Origin: a virus
Strand: one strand, 5' to 3'
Virus genome (UHGV): UHGV-0221571
DNA: 17,382 nt
Positions 1 through 6,853 of the stretch are shown one piece after another. A program made the translations under genes and the position numbers. Position 1 is the first letter of the stretch. Each line of letters opens with the position of its first letter. Below the pieces are notes generated by a model, which worked only from the letters and a program-made list of their open reading frames with translations, was not told where the DNA came from and ran no database searches.

Positions 1-85
1 CCTGGTGGTTCAGGCGGCGCATTTTTATTGCTGTGTTGCGCTGTAATTCTTCAATTTCTGATGCTGAATCAATGATGTCTGCCAT
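1..85 (-). CDS. 5' fragment of a TraR/DksA-like small protein; gene runs off the window start
   Basis: Minus-strand ATG at 85-83 opens an ORF reading MADIIDSASEIEELQRNTAIKMRRLNHQ to the window edge. The N-terminus resembles TraR-like phage proteins as I recall them. Too short for the ORF track; not verified. Confidence 0.4.
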   Translation of the reverse strand, partial: MADIIDSASEIEELQRNTAIKMRRLNHQ

Positions 86-140
86 CTTCCATTAATCCCT
101 GAATTGTTGGTTAATACGCTTGAGGGTGAATGCGAATAAT

Positions 141-161
141 AAAAAAGGAGCCTGTAGCTCC
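141..161 (-). terminator. Putative intrinsic terminator after the early-left small ORFs
   Basis: Hairpin GGAGC-ctgta-GCTCC (147-161), followed on the minus strand by a U6 run (plus-strand A6 at 141-146). Confidence 0.4.
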
Positions 162-183
162 CTGATGATTTTGCTTTTCATGT

Positions 184-465
184 TCATCGTTCCTTAAAGA
201 CGCCGTTTAACATGCCGATTGCCAGGCTTAAATGAGTCGGTGTGAATCCCATCAGCGTTACCGTTTCGCGGTGCTTCTTCAGTACGCTACGGCAAATGTC
301 ATCGACGTTTTTATCCGGAAACTGCTGTCTGGCTTTTTTGATTTCAGAATTAGCCTGACGGGCAATGCTGCGAAGGGCGTTTTCCTGCTGAGGTGTCATT
401 GAACAAGTCCCATGTCGGCAAGCATAAGCACACAGAATATGAAGCCCGCTGCCAGAAAAATGCAT
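184..465 (-). CDS. Hypothetical early-left phage protein (93 aa; alternative start at the internal Met near 399)
   Basis: ATG-initiated ORF in the same orientation as exo/bet/gam. No recognisable motif. No clear SD before either candidate start. Confidence 0.5.
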   Translation of the reverse strand: MHFSGSGLHILCAYACRHGTCSMTPQQENALRSIARQANSEIKKARQQFPDKNVDDICRSVLKKHRETVTLMGFTPTHLSLAIGMLNGVFKER

Positions 466-475
466 TCAGTGGTTG

Positions 476-667
476 TCATACCTGGTCTCTCTCATCTGCT
501 TCTGCTTTCGCCACCATCATTTCCAGCTTTTGTGAAAGGGATGCGGCTAACGTGTGAAATTCTTCGTCTGTTTCTACTGGTATTGGCACAAACCTGACTC
601 CAATTTGAGCGAGGCTATGTGCCATCTCGATACTCGTTCTTAACTCAACGGGAGATGCTTTGTGCAT
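476..667 (-). CDS. Small early-left protein, lambda Orf63-like by position and recollection
   Basis: 63-aa ORF overlapping the next upstream ORF, in the lambda orf61/orf63/orf60a position relative to exo. Identification is from memory only. Confidence 0.55.
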   Translation of the reverse strand: MHKASPVELRTSIEMAHSLAQIGVRFVPIPVETDEEFHTLAASLSQKLEMMVAKAEADERDQV

Positions 668-828
668 ACAGCCCCTCGTTTATTATTTATCTCCTCAGCC
701 AGCCGCTGGGCTTTCAGTGGATTTTGGATAACAGAAAGGCTGGGAAATACCCAGCCTCGCTTTGTAACGGAGTAGACGAAAGTGATCGCGCCTACCCGGA
801 TATTATCGTGAGGATGCGTCATCGCCAT
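640..828 (-). CDS. Small early-left protein, lambda Orf60a-like by position
   Basis: 62-aa ORF ([13 protein letters not shown]...) whose start overlaps the 3' end of exo by 10 nt, as in the lambda exo/orf60a arrangement. Confidence 0.5.
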   Translation of the reverse strand: MAMTHPHDNIRVGAITFVYSVTKRGWVFPSLSVIQNPLKAQRLAEEINNKRGAVCTKHLPLS

Positions 829-1499
829 TGCTCCCCAAATACAAAACCAATTTCAGCCAGTGCCTCGTCCATTTTTTCGATGAACTCCGGCACCATCTCG
901 TCAAAACTCGCCATGTACTTTTCATTCCGCTCAATCACGACATAATGCAGGCCTTCACGCTTCATGCGCGGGTCATAGTTGGCAAAGTACCAGGCATCTT
1001 TTCGCGTCACCCACATGCTGTACTGCACCTGGGCCATGTAAGCCGATTTTATTGCCTCGAAACCACCGAGCCGGAATTTCATGAAATCCCGGGAGGTAAA
1101 CGGGCATTTCAGTTCAAGGCCGTTGCCGTCACTGCATAAACCATCGGGAGAGCAGGCGGTGCGCATATTTTCGTCGCGATAGATGATCGGGGATTCAGTA
1201 ATATTCACGCCGGAAGTGAATTCAAACAGGGTTCTGGCGTCGTTCTCGTACTGTTTTCCCCAGGCCAGCGCCTTAGCATTAACTTCCGGAGCCACACCGG
1301 TGCAAACCTCAGCCAGCAGGGTGTGGAAGTAGGACATTTTCATGTCAGGCCACTTCTTTCCTGAGCGGGGCTTTGCTATCACGTTGTGAACTTCTGAAGC
1401 GGTGATGACGCCGAGCCGTAATTTGTGCCATGCATCATCCCCCTGTTCGACAGCTCTCACGTCGATCCCGGTACGCTGCAGGATAATGTCCGGTGTCAT
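819..1499 (-). CDS. exo: Lambda-type 5'-3' exonuclease (Red-alpha)
   Basis: 226-aa translation ([40 protein letters not shown] ... [11 protein letters not shown]) matches lambda Exo essentially along its whole length as I recall it. 4-nt overlap with bet. Confidence 0.95.
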   Translation of the reverse strand: MTPDIILQRTGIDVRAVEQGDDAWHKLRLGVITASEVHNVIAKPRSGKKWPDMKMSYFHTLLAEVCTGVAPEVNAKALAWGKQYENDARTLFEFTSGVNITESPIIYRDENMRTACSPDGLCSDGNGLELKCPFTSRDFMKFRLGGFEAIKSAYMAQVQYSMWVTRKDAWYFANYDPRMKREGLHYVVIERNEKYMASFDEMVPEFIEKMDEALAEIGFVFGEQWR

Positions 1500-2281
1500 G
1501 CTGCCACCTTCTGCTCAGTGGCTTTCTGTTTCAGGAATCCAAGAGCTTTCACTGCTTCGGCCTGTGTCAGTTCTGACGATGCGCGAATGTCGCGGCGAAA
1601 TATCTGGGAACAGAGCGGCAATAAGTCGTCATCCCATGTTTTATCCAGGGCGATCAGCAGAGTGTTAATCTCCTGCATGGTTTCATCGTTAACCGGAGTG
1701 ATGTCGCGTTCCGGCTGACGTTCTGCAGTGTATGCGGTATTTTCGACAATGCGCTCGGCTTCATCCTTGTCATAGATACCAGCAAATCCGAAGGCGAGAC
1801 GGGCACACTGAATCATGGCTTTATGCCGTAACATCCGTTTGGGATGCGACTGCCACGGCCCCGTGATTTCTCTGCCTTCGCGGGTTTTGAATGGTTCGCG
1901 GCGGCATTCATCCATCCACTCGGTAACGCAGATCGGATGATTACGGTCCTTGCGGTAAATCCGGCATGTACATGATTCATTGTCCTGCTCAAAGTCCATG
2001 CCATCAAACTGCTGGTTTTCATTGATGATACGGGACCAGCCATCAACGCCCACCACCGGAACGATGCCGTTCTGCTTGTCAGGGAAGGCGTAAATTTCTT
2101 TCGTCCACGGATTAAGGCCGTACTGGTTGGCGACGATCAACAATGCGATGAACTGCGCATCGCTGGCATCACCTTTAAATGCCGTCTGGCGAAGAGTGGT
2201 GATCAGTTCCTGTGGGTCGACAGAATCCATGCCGACACGTTCAGCCAGCTTCCCAGCCAGCGTTGCGAGTGCTGTACTCAT
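1496..2281 (-). CDS. bet: Single-strand annealing protein Beta (Red-beta)
   Basis: 261-aa translation ([68 protein letters not shown]...) matches lambda Bet. Sits in the gam-bet-exo order. Confidence 0.95.
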   Translation of the reverse strand: MSTALATLAGKLAERVGMDSVDPQELITTLRQTAFKGDASDAQFIALLIVANQYGLNPWTKEIYAFPDKQNGIVPVVGVDGWSRIINENQQFDGMDFEQDNESCTCRIYRKDRNHPICVTEWMDECRREPFKTREGREITGPWQSHPKRMLRHKAMIQCARLAFGFAGIYDKDEAERIVENTAYTAERQPERDITPVNDETMQEINTLLIALDKTWDDDLLPLCSQIFRRDIRASSELTQAEAVKALGFLKQKATEQKVAA

Positions 2282-2286
2282 CCGTT

Positions 2287-2583
2287 TTATACCTCTGAAT
2301 CAATATCAACCTGGTGGTGAGCAATGGTTTCAACCATGTACCGGATGTGTTCTGCCATGCGCTCCTGAAACTCAACATCGTCATCAAACGCACGGGTAAT
2401 GGCTTTTTTGCTGGCCCCGTGGCGTTGCAAATGATCGATGCATAGCGATTCAAACAGGTGCTGGGGCAGGCTTTTTTCCATGTCGTCTGCCAGTTCTGCC
2501 TCTTTCTCTTCACGGGCGAGCTGCTGGTAGTGACGCGCCCAGCTCTGAGCCTCAAGACGATCCTGAATGTAATAAGCGTTCAT
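2287..2583 (-). CDS. gam: RecBCD inhibitor Gam, short (GamS-length) form
   Basis: 98-aa translation [37 protein letters not shown]...[10 protein letters not shown] matches the C-terminal 98 residues of lambda Gam. The upstream in-frame sequence is ...[19 protein letters not shown] with a stop at 2638-2640, so the lambda GamL extension is absent. Confidence 0.9.
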   Translation of the reverse strand: MNAYYIQDRLEAQSWARHYQQLAREEKEAELADDMEKSLPQHLFESLCIDHLQRHGASKKAITRAFDDDVEFQERMAEHIRYMVETIAHHQVDIDSEV

Positions 2584-2658
2584 GGCTGAACTCCTGAAAA
2601 TGGCTGTGAAAATATCGCCCGCGAAATGCCAGGCTGATTAGGAAAACAGGAAAGGGGA

Positions 2659-3069
2659 TTAGTGATTCAGGCCGTTACCGCGTCCGTCGAGAAAAACTTC
2701 CACGAGCAAATCACGGGTATAAGTGCGCTCGATGCCGCGATGCAGATATAGCCGTCCGCGTAAATTAGCTGATGCAGTCCAGGTACCATCTTTGTGTTTG
2801 ACCAGCATTCCTGGCATGACCGCACCTCGATTAACGGTCTGCGTTCCGTAATGTTGATGAACCATAAAAACTCCTGCCCGTAAGCTGGGCTGCTGAACAT
2901 ATAGAGACTTCTGCGCGTATTCAGGCGGTGGATGGCCGCCGGTTGTCATAACTAAGTCGCCTCGTTGAAGCGACTGAGGTATGAAGTGTTGAGTTGATTT
3001 CAGCTGGTCACACCGACGTTCACGCGTCCGCTTCACCCCTCGCACTCCCCGGAGCCTGCTGAAATTCAA
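2659..3069 (-). CDS. Hypothetical protein downstream of the pL-like promoter; possible N-like antiterminator (very tentative)
   Basis: The ORF begins with TTG at 3069. The first in-frame GTGs are at codons 9 and 12 and the first ATG at codon 41. An Arg-rich stretch [13 protein letters not shown] lies near the N-terminus. First ORF after the OL-like operator cluster in the leftward direction. No boxA/boxB nut site recognised. Confidence 0.3.
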   Translation of the reverse strand: MNFSRLRGVRGVKRTRERRCDQLKSTQHFIPQSLQRGDLVMTTGGHPPPEYAQKSLYVQQPSLRAGVFMVHQHYGTQTVNRGAVMPGMLVKHKDGTWTASANLRGRLYLHRGIERTYTRDLLVEVFLDGRGNGLNH

Positions 3070-3127
3070 GCTGCGGATCTAAGCGGTCATCGCAACGGTG
3101 AAGTTATAAATTTTGTGATACCAACAT

Positions 3128-3180
3128 CGATGCAATAGCATGACAATAGCAATGGCTATTGGTGTAGTCAATAGCAATTA
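3128..3180 (-). promoter_or_regulatory. OL/pL-like operator cluster with a leftward promoter
   Basis: Three copies of CAATAGCA(A) at 3133-3140, 3144-3152 and 3169-3177, plus the inverted copy GCTATTG at 3155-3161 forming CAATAGC-aatg-GCTATTG. Minus-strand -35 TTGACT (3171-3166), 17-bp spacer, -10 TATTGT (3148-3143), overlapped by the repeats. The same motif family occurs in the cI/cro intergenic region. Confidence 0.4.
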
Positions 3181-3410
3181 GTATTGATAATGTTTGATAT
3201 ACTTGTTCTGATTGATAATTAAATGAATTTTTATAAAAAAGAGTATGAAGACTTATTGGTGTGGCTGAAATTTGTACAGCTTTAATGTGCCTCGTGACAG
3301 AGGGGCATCGGGTTGTGGTGAGCTCGGTAGGTTGGCAGCAAATTTAATCGAATATTGGTAGTCTGAGTTCTTATGTGTATTTTTTTAGTCAGTTGCTAAA
3401 TGATACATAA

Positions 3411-3450
3411 ATGACTTATTAGCCCCGCCATCGCTTTGTACGGGGCGTTT
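3411..3450. terminator. Hairpin terminator directly downstream of the SIR2-like gene (tImm-like position)
   Basis: Stem GCCCCG (3412-3417) / CGGGGC (3431-3436) with a 13-nt loop. T-rich run GTTTATTTAATTTA on the plus side; a moderately U-rich tail on the minus side. Confidence 0.45.
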
Positions 3451-3452
3451 AT

Positions 3453-5060
3453 TTAATTTATCTTTTCAACATTTCCATGAATCAACAAGTCGTAGGCAAG
3501 AAATAGTTTCCTATACTGGGTTTTTAAATTGTCAACGTCGCATGTCTTGAATTGAACAAACGCTTCTTTTTTAACATAATCTTCAATCTCCTCTTTGGGG
3601 ATATTTTTTATGTTCTTAATGACTATAGACAATTCTTTGTACTTTTTGAACTTTGCATCCTTTATATCTTTGATGTTGGTGTAAATTTTATTTGCATTGA
3701 TTTTATCTAAGGTGATTTTATTGAGCAAGTCGTCTAGTTTTCCGTGGCGTTCAATGCGTTGATTTAGTTTTAACACATATTTAGCTGGCAAACTTAACTC
3801 TTTCAAATTACATGAGGTTATAGTTTTTGAAAATGGAAGTTGTAATGAGTTTACTGAACCTAATATGAAATCTATGGCTAATTTATTAGATATTTCATTT
3901 TTATTAAATAAGTAGTCTTCAAGATAATTTATTTCTTTAACTTGTGTGAATACATACTTTTTATCGCCTAGAGCAACAACTAAATTTTTTCCTTGTTTAA
4001 CACTTTCTTCAAGTCTGTCTAAGTCAGAAGGTGAAACCAATAGAGTATCTAAGTGCCCTTTTTCACCCTCATTAATGATAAGTGTTTTAATGGCTCTTTG
4101 ATACCTTAAAACATCATAAGGTGAGAGCCCTTCATCAACAGCACTGATCTCATCATAGATCTGTTTATAGTTATCTGTTTTAACAGATGTATATGTAATT
4201 TGTAGCTGTTGATCGGTAATCTGTTTTGGTACTACTTCCTGTTCATTCTCTTTATATTCAATCAAAATTATTCTTTCAGCTGATTTTCGACCATCTTCTC
4301 TAGGTAGTTGTGAGGAAAAATCAGAAAGAAGTTTCTTTACATTCCTGTCAGTTAAAGAATATCCAAGAAAAACTATTGGATTTTTAATCATGTTAGATAG
4401 TATCTTGGCACTAATGAGTATAGATTTGTTGTCATATTTTTCGTAATCATCTTTATTTATGATTATTGAGTGTGGATCCTTTATATCACCATGTATTTTG
4501 TATAACTCACTCCAGCCAATAGTATCTTCGAAAAAACCATTATTTCCAATATAGAGTTTTGGAGTTACATTTTGCTCTTGAAGTAAATTTTCTATGAAAG
4601 CATCATAATTTGTAGTGATGATTATCTTGGCCTTTTTTATTAATGTTTTAAATGATGCTAATTCATCAAGATTTACATCCTTTCTGATTGTGTTATTAGA
4701 AAATCTTTGGCATATGGCGTATTTAAATGGTGAAATATCTTCACTAAAAACCCTCTTGGCATCTAGTCCATTTAATTTTAATTTGCCAGTCCTAAACAAT
4801 AGATTGTAATCATTTTCAATTTTACTTGCTGCCTCTGTATAAATCTTATGATCGATATCATTATCACTGTTATTTTTATGTGATTCTTTTATTGTTAAAA
4901 GATAACTATAGAAATCATTTGTGGGATTTGTTATTTTCCAATACTCGTTTAATAGCTCTTCCCACGTTGGGTAGTTCTCTAAATATCTTTTTGAAATGCC
5001 TGAGCCAATAAAGACTATTGGGTAATTTTTGAATTCAAAATTTTTTTTTGACATATCCAT
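3453..5060 (-). CDS. SIR2-like (defense-type SIR2_2) NADase-domain protein with an uncharacterised ~270-aa C-terminal domain
   Basis: 535-aa ATG-initiated ORF with AAGG 5 nt upstream. Motifs GSGIS (res 19-23), TTNYD (149-153), KIHGD (188-192) and FLGYSLTD (231-238) match the conserved blocks of defense-associated SIR2 domains such as ThsA. Visibly AT-rich relative to its flanks. Same strand as, and directly downstream of, the repressor. Confidence 0.75.
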   Translation of the reverse strand: MDMSKKNFEFKNYPIVFIGSGISKRYLENYPTWEELLNEYWKITNPTNDFYSYLLTIKESHKNNSDNDIDHKIYTEAASKIENDYNLLFRTGKLKLNGLDAKRVFSEDISPFKYAICQRFSNNTIRKDVNLDELASFKTLIKKAKIIITTNYDAFIENLLQEQNVTPKLYIGNNGFFEDTIGWSELYKIHGDIKDPHSIIINKDDYEKYDNKSILISAKILSNMIKNPIVFLGYSLTDRNVKKLLSDFSSQLPREDGRKSAERIILIEYKENEQEVVPKQITDQQLQITYTSVKTDNYKQIYDEISAVDEGLSPYDVLRYQRAIKTLIINEGEKGHLDTLLVSPSDLDRLEESVKQGKNLVVALGDKKYVFTQVKEINYLEDYLFNKNEISNKLAIDFILGSVNSLQLPFSKTITSCNLKELSLPAKYVLKLNQRIERHGKLDDLLNKITLDKINANKIYTNIKDIKDAKFKKYKELSIVIKNIKNIPKEEIEDYVKKEAFVQFKTCDVDNLKTQYRKLFLAYDLLIHGNVEKIN

Positions 5061-5166
5061 ATACCTTAAGCTCTGCTTGAAACATCCATTCTATAAATTA
5101 TGAGGATGTCAGCATGTCTCACCAAAACATCATCTGGTTATCTTGATGAAATCTGTCATTAATAAT

Positions 5167-5859
5167 CTACCCATGTTTTCTATATGTCTGTGGCATGCTC
5201 CCAATAACTTTCCCAAATATAAATACCCGATTCATTTCGTCTTTTTCGATCGGGTCCCACGGTGAGTAGCTCTTGTTATCAGAGATAACCAGCAGCTTAT
5301 CCTTCATCATTTGCAGGCGCTTTACATGGGCTGTGTCGTCGTACAGAAACGCATAGATACCATCACCGTCGAAAGATTTAACAGTGATATCAACGAACAG
5401 AAGATCACCTGGTTCGATCGTTCCTGACATGCTGTCACCGCGTACGTTAATGATGCGGATATTTTCTGCCTTCCTGCCATCGAACATGTGACGAGCATCG
5501 TCAAACGAGTACTCAACCGAGCGTAGGACTTCTACAAACTCACGGTTGATGACACCCGGCCCAGCACTGACTTCTATATCAAGAACGTCAATTTTGAAGT
5601 ATTTGGAATGGTTGACAGCAGGCTTCCCTGATTGTTGACCGTCATTTCTCATCGGGCCTATGCCTGATGAGAGCCACTCTGTTCGAACACCCAATGCATT
5701 AGCTATTTCAACAATTTTTGTTGAGCCGCGTGCGTTGCCGCTTGTCAGTCTCCAGATTGTGGGTTGAGCTACGCCAGACGCCTTTGCAAGAGCGCCTTGA
5801 GACATTCCAGATTGTTCCATCGCTAGGTTTAAGCGATCAGCAAGAGTTTCTTTTTTCAT
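5167..5859 (-). CDS. CI-like prophage repressor (HTH N-terminus, S24/LexA-like autocleavage C-terminus)
   Basis: HTH region ...MSQGALAKASGVAQPTIWRL... and C-terminal S24 motifs (VRGDSMSGTIEPGDLLFVD, ...HVKRLQ...). The track ORF starts at TTG 5895; I place the start at ATG 5859 (MKKETLADRL...), which sits right after a -10-like TATAAA, i.e. a near-leaderless arrangement like lambda pRM. Confidence 0.85.
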   Translation of the reverse strand: MKKETLADRLNLAMEQSGMSQGALAKASGVAQPTIWRLTSGNARGSTKIVEIANALGVRTEWLSSGIGPMRNDGQQSGKPAVNHSKYFKIDVLDIEVSAGPGVINREFVEVLRSVEYSFDDARHMFDGRKAENIRIINVRGDSMSGTIEPGDLLFVDITVKSFDGDGIYAFLYDDTAHVKRLQMMKDKLLVISDNKSYSPWDPIEKDEMNRVFIFGKVIGSMPQTYRKHG

Positions 5860-5865
5860 AAGTTT

Positions 5866-5965
5866 TAATTTATACGCTTGCGTATTGATGGTCAAAACAC
5901 GTTTTGCTATTGATTGGATTAATACGCATTGCTATTATCCATTCATTGCAATACCAATAGGAATT
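5866..5965. promoter_or_regulatory. OR-like divergent promoter/operator region (pRM-like leftward, pR-like rightward)
   Basis: Perfect palindrome ATACGC-tt-GCGTAT (5872-5885) lying between a minus-strand -35 TTGACC (5895-5890) and -10 TATAAA (5874-5869). Plus-strand -35 TTGATT (5910-5915), 17-bp spacer, -10 TATTAT (5933-5938). TTGCTATT(G) copies at 5904-5912 and 5929-5936, 25 bp apart, overlap these elements. ATACGC half-site again at 5922-5927. Confidence 0.5.
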
Positions 5966-5969
5966 GATA

Positions 5970-6197
5970 ATGACAAATCAAACCATTCAACTCGCAATCA
6001 GTATTACAGGTAGTCAAAAACGACTGGCAGATCTATGCGGTGTAGCCCAGCCCACTGTTTGGCGTTGGCTACACGGTGGCGGAATTGATGCCCGCTATGT
6101 AATGAAAATTGTCTCAGCCACTGGTGGAAAGATTAAACCAGCAGATATTCGTCCCGACCTTGCACCATTGTTTAACGCGAGTAATTCTGCCGCCTAA
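5970..6197 (+). CDS. Cro-like HTH regulator
   Basis: 75-aa ORF from ATG 5970 with AGGA 7 nt upstream. HTH ...RLADLCGVAQPTVWRWLHGG..., sharing the GVAQPT(I/V)WR recognition-helix motif with the divergent repressor. Confidence 0.8.
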   Translation: MTNQTIQLAISITGSQKRLADLCGVAQPTVWRWLHGGGIDARYVMKIVSATGGKIKPADIRPDLAPLFNASNSAA

Positions 6198-6221
6198 ACT
6201 GCGGCGTTAACTGATAAGGCA

Positions 6222-6767
6222 ATGACTATGCAACCACTTACATACCAACAGACTAGCGGATTTAGCCCGACTGCGGTGATAAATCGTTCTCAAATAAAAC
6301 AGGTGCCAGGCCACGAAAAAATCCGTGATGCCGTTCGCGCGTGGTCGGCTGCAGATAATCAGGATGTTGTTGCCGCACTCATTGTGAATGAGTATCGGGA
6401 GCAGGGCGGCGGCACCATCGATTTCCCTGATGATGTCAGCCGTGCACGCCAGAAGCTGTTCCGCTTCCTCGATAACAAATTCGATTCTGAAAAATACCGA
6501 AATAACGTGCGTGAACTGACCCCGGCAATTCTGGCGGTACTACCGCTGGAATATCGCGGTTACCTGGTTGAGCAGGATAGCTTCATGGCCAGGTTGGCTG
6601 AAATGGAAAAGGAACTCAGTGAGGCAAAACAGGCTGTCATTCTCAACGCACCACGCCACCAGAAACTGAAGGAAATTAGTGAAGGTATTGTATCGATGTT
6701 TCGTGTGGACCCAGATCTGGCTGGTCCATTGATGGCGATGGTTACTACCATGCTGGGGGCGATATGA
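6222..6767 (+). CDS. YdaT-like protein (functional CII analog in Rac-type immunity regions)
   Basis: 181-aa ORF immediately after the cro-like gene. Motifs EYREQGGG and LTPAILAVLPLEYR resemble the YdaT family as I recall it. Start could be 6222 or the ATG at 6228. Confidence 0.5.
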   Translation: MTMQPLTYQQTSGFSPTAVINRSQIKQVPGHEKIRDAVRAWSAADNQDVVAALIVNEYREQGGGTIDFPDDVSRARQKLFRFLDNKFDSEKYRNNVRELTPAILAVLPLEYRGYLVEQDSFMARLAEMEKELSEAKQAVILNAPRHQKLKEISEGIVSMFRVDPDLAGPLMAMVTTMLGAI

Positions 6768-6853
6768 CAGGTTCAGAAATGGCGAAAGCCGGTCTGCTGG
6801 AACAGAACCGACTTTCAGGTGCAAATCGTAACACACTCATTGCGGGAGGAATT

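Noticed and set aside
1-10. Chi-like octamers CCTGGTGG at 1-8 and 2310-2317
   Set aside because: Chi is GCTGGTGG; both differ at the first base.
412-2399. Plus-strand ORFs 412-597, 619-945, 828-1139, 1402-1668, 1425-1718, 2127-2399 and the minus-strand ORF 1813-2046
   Set aside because: All lie antisense to or out of frame within the well-supported exo/bet/gam and small early genes. No RBS or motif support. Treated as shadow ORFs.
2241-2555. 104-aa minus-strand ORF overlapping gam in another frame
   Set aside because: Fully nested in gam, whose frame gives a lambda-Gam translation. No independent support.
2667-2900. 77-aa minus-strand ORF overlapping the 136-aa ORF
   Set aside because: Alternative frame in the same GC-rich stretch. 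Cannot be excluded, but no RBS or motif evidence; kept only as a caveat on feature 2659-3069.
4615-5516. Short ORFs 4615-4809 (+), 4826-5011 (+) and 5322-5516 (-)
   Set aside because: Antisense or out-of-frame within the SIR2-like and repressor genes. The AT-rich sequence yields low-complexity translations.
5860-5895. N-terminal extension of the repressor ORF to TTG at 5895 (MTINTQAYKLKL...)
   Set aside because: The extension would run through the palindromic operator and promoter elements. The ATG at 5859 with an adjacent -10 is more plausible.
6187-6208. Short GCCGC/GCGGC hairpin overlapping the cro stop as a possible tR1/nutR
   Set aside because: 5-bp stem, no U-tract, no boxA-like sequence nearby. 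Too weak to call.
6764-6853. Upstream extension of O to the ATG at 6764 (MTGSEMAKAG...)
   Set aside because: Homology to the lambda O N-terminus begins at the Met at 6854, which has a strong SD. The longer form is not excluded (ATGA coupling), but I prefer the shorter.
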